Source: Gemmatimonadota bacterium | GTDB taxonomy: Bacteria; Gemmatimonadota; Gemmatimonadetes; Longimicrobiales; RSA9 | Direction of reading: 5' to 3' | NCBI GenBank assembly: GCA_040905425.1 | Contig: JBBDRO010000083.1 | Coordinates: 1-21,882, forward strand | Length of the DNA stretch: 21,882 nt | Part shown: positions 7,109-14,126 of the stretch, piece after piece | Layout of the letters: every line of letters begins with the position of its first letter | Position numbering within the stretch: position 1 is the first letter of the stretch | Position numbers and translations under genes: made by a program | The notes under the pieces: generated by a model | What the model was told of the DNA's origin: nothing | The model's database searches: none | What the model saw: only the letters and a program-made list of their open reading frames with translations

Positions 7109-7926
7109 GCACGTTGAGCGCGGCGCCGCCGCGCAAGCAGGGCGGTGCCGGCCAACCAGAGACGGCGACCGCGGCCACGCCCTCGATCCGCACCGTCCTG
7201 CGCCGCCAGCTCGCGCTCATCGCGCACACCCGCGGACGGGCCATGTTCACCTTCGTGCTCATGGGCGGACTGGCCATCCTGCTCATGCCGGAGACGCTGT
7301 TCGATGCGCAGTCGACCACGCTCGCCGCCGGCTTCATCCTGGGCGGTGTGTGGGCGCTGGGCGTCTGGTCCGGCGAGGCGCCGAGCGAGCGCGTCTACCA
7401 CCGCATGCTCCCCGTAGGACGCCGCCGCCACGACCTGCTGCGCGTGCTGGCGGGGCTGGGCTGGCTGCTGGCCATGCTCGCGGTCGTGTACACCGTGGGC
7501 GGCACGCGCCTGATGACGAGCTGGCATCCGGAGCACGTTGCGCAAGCCGGCGGCGTCTGGCAGATCGTGCCGGGCCGCTACTGGATCAACCTGCTCACCG
7601 CCCCCCTGACCACCTACCTGGCCGTTTCCGCCTTCGCCGTGGCGGTGGAGCGGCCGGGGCTGTGGATGGTGCTCACGCTGGGCGCGTCGCTGGGGCTGCT
7701 GCGGCTGGCGGAGTTCCTGGAGCTCGGCCCGCTGCGGGCCGTGCTGCACTTTCTGCTGGCCGGACCCCACGGCCTCGGCGAGGCGCTGGTCGGCACGGTG
7801 GGGTACGTGCCGATCATCGGAGGCCAGACGCCGCCCGACCGCTGGCTCTACGCGGCGCTCGCCTGGCTTGCCCTGGCCGCGCTGGGCGTTATTCTGAGCA
7901 GCCGCGTCTACCGGGACGTGCGCTGA
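7105..7926 (+). CDS. Putative ABC-2 transporter permease (about 6 TM helices)
   Basis: Multiple hydrophobic segments, a YHRMLPVGR loop typical of this permease class, ATGA overlap with the ATPase. Confidence 0.75.
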   Translation: MSTLSAAPPRKQGGAGQPETATAATPSIRTVLRRQLALIAHTRGRAMFTFVLMGGLAILLMPETLFDAQSTTLAAGFILGGVWALGVWSGEAPSERVYHRMLPVGRRRHDLLRVLAGLGWLLAMLAVVYTVGGTRLMTSWHPEHVAQAGGVWQIVPGRYWINLLTAPLTTYLAVSAFAVAVERPGLWMVLTLGASLGLLRLAEFLELGPLRAVLHFLLAGPHGLGEALVGTVGYVPIIGGQTPPDRWLYAALAWLALAALGVILSSRVYRDVR

Positions 7927-7946
7927 ACGAGCCGCCGCGGGAGCAC

Positions 7947-8282
7947 ATGAAGGATCCCCACACCACGCCGAAGCAGGTGGCCCCCACCGCCGACGGCGCG
8001 CGCCTGGCCATCGACTGGGCCGACGGCCACCGCTCCGAATACCCACCACGCTGGCTGCGCGTGAACTGCCGCTGTGCGGGGTGCGTGGAGGAGATGACGG
8101 GCCGGCCGCTGCTGGATCCGGCGTCCGTGCCCGCGGACGTCTACCCGCAGAGTGTGGACTACGTGGGCCGCTACGCCCTGAAGTTTGCCTTCAGTGACGG
8201 CCACGACACGGGCATCTATCCCTTCGAACTGCTGCGCGAGATCTGCCCCTGCCCGGCATGCGGGGGTCCGGCGCGGTCGTAA
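7947..8282 (+). CDS. DUF971 / gamma-butyrobetaine hydroxylase N-terminal-like metal-binding protein, 111 aa
   Basis: ATG 7947 after GGGAG. LAIDWADGH.S.Y...WLR..CRCAGC...VGRYAL.F.FSDGHDTGIY.FE.LR pattern. Confidence 0.88.
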   Translation: MKDPHTTPKQVAPTADGARLAIDWADGHRSEYPPRWLRVNCRCAGCVEEMTGRPLLDPASVPADVYPQSVDYVGRYALKFAFSDGHDTGIYPFELLREICPCPACGGPARS

Positions 8283-8348
8283 GCGACGACGCCTCGCGCG
8301 TCACGCGCGCGCGACTCGGAGCTTTCGCACCCTCCGCCGCGTGGTTGA

Positions 8349-8376
8349 GCCAAAATATTCTATAGAATATTTTGGC
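8349..8376. repeat. Perfect 28-bp AT-rich palindrome GCCAAAATATTCTATAGAATATTTTGGC
   Basis: Self-complementary over all 28 bp; lies in the gap between convergent genes (stops at 8282 and 8512). Confidence 0.95.
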
Positions 8377-8511
8377 GGCAGGCCGGGCCGGACCTCGGTC
8401 CTGTGCCGAGCGTTCCAGCACCTATCCTCCGGCGCTTCAGCCCCCCGCGAGCCGACCGCACGCACAGCCTCCACGTGCTGCACTGAGACCCCAGCACACG
8501 TTCGCGGTCCC

Positions 8512-9213
8512 TCAGCGGCCGCCGCTGCCCAGCACGCCTCGGGCGTGCGGTGCCGTGGCGCCGTGGCCGGCGTGGTCGGCGCTCCAGTCGTAGCTGTGGC
8601 TGGCGTGCCAGCGGGCGTGGCGGCCGTCCAGGCGCTCGTGCAGGCGGTCGTGCTCGCGCGCCCAGCGGCGGTCCCCGTCACCTCGGCGCGGATTGCCCGC
8701 GTGCCAGAGGGCGTGGTCCTGCTCGAGGCTGCGATGGAAGATGCCGTGCGAACTGCCATCCGGCTGGCCGCGTCCCACGGCGCAGCCGGTACCGCTCCGG
8801 CCGTCCCGCGCGCCCAGGTGGTCGGCGTGCCAGAAGAGCGGTGTGCGGCCCACCTGCCGGCCGGTGGGGAAGCCGATCGACACATCCGGGTCCACACCGC
8901 GCACCCCCGCCTCCCGGTCCAGCCGGTAGCCCCGGCCGCCGATCCACACGCCGCAGCCGTCGTAGCCGCGCCCGCCGCGCACCACGGTGCCGCTGCCGTA
9001 CCCGGTCCCACGTCGATCCGAGCCGATGATGATCATGCCGCTGCCCATGCCGCTCCGCCCGAGCGCGCGCTCCGCGGCGGTGCGAGCGTCGATGGGGGGG
9101 CGCTTGATGACGGCGGTGGCCCGGCCCTGCGCGTGCAGCGGCGCGGCGCCCGCGAGGGCGGCGCCGGCCGCGAGCGCGGCCAGGGTCAGGATGGTGGACA
9201 GGGGACGCGGCAT
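8512..9213 (-). CDS. Hypothetical secreted protein, Gly/Arg-rich, with two C-terminal His-rich repeats, 233 aa
   Basis: ATG 9213 with GGAGG RBS; Sec signal MPRPLSTILTLAALAAGAALAGAAPLHA-Q; lies 29 nt downstream of the preceding minus-strand gene. Confidence 0.7.
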   Translation of the reverse strand: MPRPLSTILTLAALAAGAALAGAAPLHAQGRATAVIKRPPIDARTAAERALGRSGMGSGMIIIGSDRRGTGYGSGTVVRGGRGYDGCGVWIGGRGYRLDREAGVRGVDPDVSIGFPTGRQVGRTPLFWHADHLGARDGRSGTGCAVGRGQPDGSSHGIFHRSLEQDHALWHAGNPRRGDGDRRWAREHDRLHERLDGRHARWHASHSYDWSADHAGHGATAPHARGVLGSGGR

Positions 9214-9242
9214 AACTACCTCCGGTGTGGCGAACGGCGTGC

Positions 9243-10385
9243 TCAGGGCGTCCAGCCGCGGGCGGCCACGGGCCGCTCCGCTTCCACACGCTCCCCTCTG
9301 ACATACAGCAGAGAGGGGTGAAGGTTCACGGACACGCACACGTGATTGGGCACGATGCGCACGCGGTCCCCCACGCGGGGGCGCCAGTCGGTGCCGGTCA
9401 GGTCCAGCAGACCATGCTCCTCGGAGGTGGCCTTGACCACCACATCGGGACGGTCCAGCAGGGCCCCGAGGCCGCCCCAGCCCTTGGCGCGGATCTCCTC
9501 GCGCGCCAGCGCCTTGGAGCCCGCGTCCACCACCGCCTGGCCGGGCACCGCGGTGCTGATCACGGTGGCCAGCACGCTGTAGGCGCAGTCCTCCCAGGCG
9601 CAGGCACCGATGGCGGCGGTGGTGCGGTCGTTGAAGATGTAGGTGCCGGGGCGGAACTCGCTCATGCCGGGGATGCGGTGCGAGTGCCAGGCGGTGGGGG
9701 TGGAACCGCCGCTCACCGTCTCGGCGGGTAGATCGGCCGCCTGGAGGGCCTCCAGGTGGCGGCCGAGATGCTTGCCGAGAGCGGCCAGATCCGCGTCCTG
9801 CTCGTCCACGTGCTGGCGGATGTGGCCCGGGTAGAAGAGCACGCCGCGGTAATCCAGGGCGGGCGCGTCGGCCGCCAGGCGGGCCAGTGCCACCGCATCC
9901 GCCGGCCGCTGCACGCCCACGCGGCCCATGCCCAGATCCAGCTCCACCAGGACGCCCACCTGCACGCCCGCCTGCCGGCAGGCCGTGGCCAGGCCGGCCA
10001 GCGCCTCCTCCGAGTCCAGCGCCACCGTGAGGCGGACGCGCGCCGCTACCGCCGTCACCCGGCTCAGCTTGGCGTCACCCACGGGGGGGTGGGCCAGCAG
10101 GATGTCCCCCGCCACCTCCGCCTGCACCTCGGCCTCGCGCGGTGTGGCCACGGTCACCCCCACCGCCCCGCGCTGCAGCTGCTCGGCGGCCAGCGCGGGC
10201 GTCTTGTGCGTCTTGGTGTGGGGGCGCAGGGCCAGCTCGTGCGTGCGGGCGTAAGTGGCCATCCGGTCCAGGTTGGCGTTCATGCGGTCCAGGTCAACGA
10301 CCGCCCGCGGCGTGATCACCTGGTCCAGCGTTTCGGCGGGTGGTTGGGGTTGCTGCGCGGCGGCGTCATGCAGTACGGGCATCAT
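9243..10385 (-). CDS. DSD1 / D-threonine aldolase family fold-type III PLP-dependent enzyme
   Basis: TPRAVVD, LRPHTKTHK (PLP Lys), ELDLGMGRVG, VSGGSTPT, EFRPGTYIFND, VVDAGSKAL, SEEHG, IVPNHVC metal motif. Start could be 10385 or 10382. Confidence 0.92.
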   Translation of the reverse strand: MMPVLHDAAAQQPQPPAETLDQVITPRAVVDLDRMNANLDRMATYARTHELALRPHTKTHKTPALAAEQLQRGAVGVTVATPREAEVQAEVAGDILLAHPPVGDAKLSRVTAVAARVRLTVALDSEEALAGLATACRQAGVQVGVLVELDLGMGRVGVQRPADAVALARLAADAPALDYRGVLFYPGHIRQHVDEQDADLAALGKHLGRHLEALQAADLPAETVSGGSTPTAWHSHRIPGMSEFRPGTYIFNDRTTAAIGACAWEDCAYSVLATVISTAVPGQAVVDAGSKALAREEIRAKGWGGLGALLDRPDVVVKATSEEHGLLDLTGTDWRPRVGDRVRIVPNHVCVSVNLHPSLLYVRGERVEAERPVAARGWTP

Positions 10386-10446
10386 CCGTCCTCACGGGGG
10401 AACCGGGAGTGACAAGCTACCCGCTCATACGGGCCGCTGGCCAGTC

Positions 10447-10476
10447 TTGCCCGGGGACCTCGCGGGGAAGTAGGGT
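10447..10476 (+). promoter_or_regulatory. sigma70-like promoter TTGCCC-N18-TAGGGT, 5 nt before the ATG (possible leaderless mRNA)
   Basis: -35 at 10447-10452, -10 at 10471-10476, ATG at 10482. Confidence 0.45.
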
Positions 10477-10481
10477 TCGAC

Positions 10482-11345
10482 ATGAATCCACTCATCTGGC
10501 TGACGCTGCTGCTCCTGGCAGGAGGCGGTGGACTGGTGCTGTTCACGCGTGCGCGGCGCGCGCGGCGCCGGGCCATCCGGGCGGAGTATGCCCGCCGGCT
10601 GGAGGAGGCGCTGGAGGACGGCATCCTCACCCGTGAGGAACTGACGGAGCTGGAGAGTTTTCGTGCCGAGTCCGAGGTCAGCCACGCCGAGGCGCGCCTG
10701 GTGGCGCTGGCCATCTACCGCCGGGCGCTCCGGGACGCGGCCGCCGACGACCACCTCACCGCCGAGGAGGACGGGGTGCTGCGGCGGCTCAGCGCGCAGC
10801 TCGGTGTTGGAGAGCAGGACCTGGGGGACGATGGGCGGACCCTGGCGCGTTTGCGGGCGCTGGCACGCATCGAGGCGGGTCGGCTGCCGCTGGTGGGGAG
10901 CCCGGTCCCGCTGGCCGCGGACGAGCGCAGCCACTGGGTGGGGCCGTGCACGCTGGCCACGCGGCTCGGCATCGGGCTCGGCGTGGGTCACTCGGCCGTG
11001 GAGGAACCGCACGGCCGCACCTTCCGCGTGGCGGACACGGAGCCCTTCCACCCCGGTGGCGCCCGCGACGCGCTCCGCCCCAGCCCGCGCATCCTCCCGG
11101 CCGACCTGGGTATCCTGGTGATCACCGACCGTCGCACGCTCCTGCGCGGCGCCCGCCGGTCGGCCGAGCTGCGGCACGACCAGCTGGTGTCCATCACCGT
11201 CTACGGTGACGGGGTCCGCCTGACCGACGCCACCGAGACCTCGCACATCGTCCTGGTGGACGACGCCGACCTCACCGCCGCGTTGCTGCTCCAGGCGGCC
11301 CGGCACGCCCGCTACGACCCCGCCACGCGCGTCGTGCGCGGCTGA
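10482..11345 (+). CDS. Hypothetical membrane-anchored protein with TerB-like helical repeats and a C-terminal bacterial PH-like segment
   Basis: N-terminal TM helix followed by an Arg cluster; ALEDGILTREE and AAADDHLTAEE repeats; DLGILVITDRRTLLRG...VSITVYGDGV beta-rich C-terminus. Domain names are inferred from motif resemblance. Confidence 0.7.
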   Translation: MNPLIWLTLLLLAGGGGLVLFTRARRARRRAIRAEYARRLEEALEDGILTREELTELESFRAESEVSHAEARLVALAIYRRALRDAAADDHLTAEEDGVLRRLSAQLGVGEQDLGDDGRTLARLRALARIEAGRLPLVGSPVPLAADERSHWVGPCTLATRLGIGLGVGHSAVEEPHGRTFRVADTEPFHPGGARDALRPSPRILPADLGILVITDRRTLLRGARRSAELRHDQLVSITVYGDGVRLTDATETSHIVLVDDADLTAALLLQAARHARYDPATRVVRG

Positions 11346-11477
11346 CGTCCATGCCGGCGCGGCACGGGCCGTGCTGGAGTCCCCCCCCGAAGCGGATCGG
11401 TCTGTACGGTGTGGCGCCGGGCGTCCACACCACGGCAGGCACGGGTGTCGAGCAGGAACTCGGGGAAGGAGCGGGGC

Positions 11478-11831
11478 ATGAACAGGGAAACGGAAGGCTT
11501 CTCCCTGGGGCAGCGGCAGCAGGCGCTGGCCGAGCTGCGGGCGGAGCTCCGGGTCTTCAATCACGACGGGCTCGTGCAACTCCAGGAGGACCTGCGGCGC
11601 CATGCCGTGCCGCGGGGTAGCTGGGCCGGTTGCGTCATATCCTACAAGCGCGGCTGTCCGGGCTCCTCCCGGCGGGATCGGAAGGGCAGGGCCCGCAACG
11701 CTTTCACCATCCTGTGGGACCACGGCTGGCTCACGGACGAGGAGGTGGAGAGCGCGGTGGTGGCCGAGCTCCACAGGCGCGCCGCCGCCATGATGGACGC
11801 GCGCCCTGTGGCACTGCCCATGGCGCGTTGA
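11478..11831 (+). CDS. Hypothetical protein, 117 aa
   Basis: ATG 11478 with AAGGAG RBS; GC3-rich codons; globular-looking sequence (RGSWAGCVISYKRG...RNAFTILWDHGWL). Confidence 0.7.
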   Translation: MNRETEGFSLGQRQQALAELRAELRVFNHDGLVQLQEDLRRHAVPRGSWAGCVISYKRGCPGSSRRDRKGRARNAFTILWDHGWLTDEEVESAVVAELHRRAAAMMDARPVALPMAR

Positions 11832-11857
11832 CCCCCTGCCCGCGCGGCCGTTATCTT
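11828..11857 (+). promoter_or_regulatory. tRNA promoter TTGACC-N18-TATCTT with a GC-rich downstream region
   Basis: -35 at 11828-11833, -10 at 11852-11857, about 40 nt upstream of the tRNA. Confidence 0.65.
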
Positions 11858-11898
11858 TTCACGCGCCGCCCCTCTGTCGAGGGATCCGCGGGTCATCA

Positions 11899-11971
<73 letters not shown>

Positions 11972-11984
11972 TACAGGCAGGCGC

Positions 11985-12015
11985 GCCGCCCGGGTCACCC
12001 CGGGCGGTTTTTTTT
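11985..12015 (+). terminator. Intrinsic terminator after tRNA-Ala
   Basis: CCGCCCGGG-TCAC-CCCGGGCGG stem-loop followed by T8. Confidence 0.92.
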
Positions 12016-12084
12016 GGCGTAGCCGCTCGATCGTCGGATCCGATCGGACGCGCATCCACACCGGCGCGTGCCGCGTGTGCCGCG

Positions 12085-12558
12085 TCAGTCCGCCGGGCAG
12101 CGCGCCTGCCGCAGGATCACCGGTGCCACCGTGGTGTCCTGGCGCGGCGCGCCGATCGGCCGTGCGTCTCCGAGCGCCCGGCCGGTGCCGTCCAACGTGC
12201 GCCCGTCCGCCGACACCGCCAGTTCAAGCAGCACCGCGCCGCCGCCCGGGTAGCCCAGTTCCACCGAGTCTCCCGCGGCCAGCGGCCGCCAGTAGCCGAA
12301 CGGGTGATCCTGCGGCCCGGCGGGTGTGAGGGTGCGCGCCTGGCGCACCCCGGCGAGCTGCTGGAGGGCGGGCCAGCCGGTGAGCGAGTCCGTCAGCAGT
12401 TCCACGCCCCACGGCAGGCCGAGCACACGCGCGGCCTCGTTGCGCTCCGGAAAATAGCAGCCCGGCAGCGCCGGGCCGCCGGGCGGCTCGGCGTTGCCCG
12501 CGCAGGAGGCGCTGGTCAGCACGGTCGCGGCCAGGGTCAGGACGGAGAGGGGTCTCAT
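12085..12558 (-). CDS. Hypothetical lipoprotein, 157 aa
   Basis: ATG 12558 overlaps the upstream stop (ATGA); signal MRPLSVLTLAATVLTSAS-C. Confidence 0.75.
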   Translation of the reverse strand: MRPLSVLTLAATVLTSASCAGNAEPPGGPALPGCYFPERNEAARVLGLPWGVELLTDSLTGWPALQQLAGVRQARTLTPAGPQDHPFGYWRPLAAGDSVELGYPGGGAVLLELAVSADGRTLDGTGRALGDARPIGAPRQDTTVAPVILRQARCPAD

Positions 12559-14042
12559 GGTCTTTCGGGTTCGGGGGATGGGGGCAGTGTGGAGCGGTGG
12601 CCCCACGGCGCCACGCGCAGCGGCCCGGCGCCCACGATGTCGAAGCCGTCGGCGGGCGCGGTGTCGTGGGACCGCAGGCCGGCCGCGGGCAGGCTGTAGG
12701 CATCGGCCGCGTCGGCGTCCACCACGTAGCCCAGGTCCACCAGCGACGCCACCGTGAGGATGCTCAGCGGCTGGGGCACACCCACGGGTTCCGAGAAGCC
12801 GGTCAGGAGCTCGGTGTCGAAGACGCTCTCGCGCCAGTGGGACCCCGCGGTGCCCTGGCCACCCTGGTTCTCCACGGGGACGCGCTCCGCCTGGCCCCCC
12901 AGCTGCTGGTAGGCCGCCATACCGGCGGCGCCGGTGTAGCCCGGATCGGTGGTGCCGGCTCCGCTCAGCAGTTCGAAGCGGTCCCAGAGCGCGCCGATGC
13001 CCATGACATGGCCGATCTCGTGGGTGATGATGGCGGTCAGGGTGGAGGTGCCGACCAGCGGCGTGAGATCATCCTCGTCCAGAATGAGGATGCCCACAAA
13101 GGGCAGGCCGTTGCCCCGCAGGCCGCAGGGGCCCGCCTGGCCCAGCACCCGCCCGGGTCCGTCGATGGAGTCGATGTTCACCATCACCAGCAGGTCGTCC
13201 ACGCTGGCGCCGTTGGCCTCCTGTCCGAAACCGCTGCAATGCTGGGCGGTGAAGAATTCCGCTCCGACCGGGCCGCCCTGCACGTCGGCGCTCACCACGC
13301 GTTCCCAGCGCGCCACGGCGGCGTCCAGGTGGGGTTGGATGGCCGCGGGCACGCTCACCACCGGATAGACGGTGAGGTTGTACGCGGCGCGCTGGTCCGG
13401 AACCACGCGGAGCGTGAAGGCCCGCTCCACGCCGCTCGTCCCGCTGGCCACGCGCAGCGTGAACGCAAAGCTGCCCGTGGCGCCCGGCGATCCGGTGAGA
13501 CGGCCGGCCGCATCCAGTTGCAGGCCGGGCGGCAGGGCCCCGGCCACCAGCGTCCAGGTGTAGGTGACGCCATCCCCGCCCGTGGCCCGCAGCGGCACGT
13601 CGTAGGGCTGCCCTACCACCGTGGGCGGCAGGTTCACGTTGCCCATGGCCACCGGCGTGGGGGGCGGGCGCACCACCAGGTTGAATGCGCGGGTGGCGCT
13701 CTGCCCGTCCTGGCTGCGTACGCGGAAGCTCACCGGGAACGTGCCCGTGGTCTCCGGGATTCCCGCTACGACCAGATCGTCATCGGAGAAGTCCTCGACT
13801 TCCACCTCGATCCCCGGCGGCAGGGCGCCCGCCACCGTGCTCCACGTGTAGCCGCCGCTGCCGCCCTCCGCGTCCACACCCGCACTGTAGGGCTCGAACT
13901 GAATGGCGTGGGGCAGGCTATCGGTGAGAATGACCAGCTCCGGTGGCGGCGGCGCGCTGGGGCTGCCGTCCCCGCATGCGGCCGCGAGGACGGCGGCCAG
14001 CAGCGTGGCCGGGCGGGGCATATGTGCGGCGCGTCGTGCCAT
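12555..14042 (-). CDS. Lipoprotein with two putative Ig (He_PIG-like) domains and a leishmanolysin-like (M8-related) zinc metallopeptidase domain
   Basis: Lipobox LAAA-C; two WS/WT..AGALPPG repeats; IDGPGRVLGQAGPC, THEIGHVMGIG (HExxH), VPVENQGGQGTAGSHWRE and FDTELLTG segments. Confidence 0.88.
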   Translation of the reverse strand: MARRAAHMPRPATLLAAVLAAACGDGSPSAPPPPELVILTDSLPHAIQFEPYSAGVDAEGGSGGYTWSTVAGALPPGIEVEVEDFSDDDLVVAGIPETTGTFPVSFRVRSQDGQSATRAFNLVVRPPPTPVAMGNVNLPPTVVGQPYDVPLRATGGDGVTYTWTLVAGALPPGLQLDAAGRLTGSPGATGSFAFTLRVASGTSGVERAFTLRVVPDQRAAYNLTVYPVVSVPAAIQPHLDAAVARWERVVSADVQGGPVGAEFFTAQHCSGFGQEANGASVDDLLVMVNIDSIDGPGRVLGQAGPCGLRGNGLPFVGILILDEDDLTPLVGTSTLTAIITHEIGHVMGIGALWDRFELLSGAGTTDPGYTGAAGMAAYQQLGGQAERVPVENQGGQGTAGSHWRESVFDTELLTGFSEPVGVPQPLSILTVASLVDLGYVVDADAADAYSLPAAGLRSHDTAPADGFDIVGAGPLRVAPWGHRSTLPPSPEPERP

Positions 14043-14080
14043 GGCGCGCGAGCTCCCGTTGGGGTATGGCCCCGGGAGCG

Positions 14081-14097
14081 AGCAAGGGGGGTGCCAG
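14081..14097 (-). promoter_or_regulatory. sigma54 (RpoN) -24/-12 promoter CTGGCAC-CCCCC-TTGCT
   Basis: Exact match to TGGCAC-N5-TTGC, intergenic, correctly oriented, 38 nt upstream of the ATG at 14042. Confidence 0.8.
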
Positions 14098-14126
14098 CCA
14101 GGCGCGCCGCCGCGCCACGCCGGACC

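Noticed and set aside
8349..8376. Palindrome as a canonical dif, parS, CIRCE, Rex or Fur site
   Set aside because: Does not match the consensus sequences I know for these; kept only as an unexplained element.
8185..9339. Alternative overlapping ORFs (8185..9321 +, 8301..9011 -, 8678..9304 -) and a possible frameshift in the His-rich gene
   Set aside because: Only the 9213 frame has an RBS, signal peptide and coherent repeat; the others are low-complexity shadow ORFs, and no frameshift is needed.
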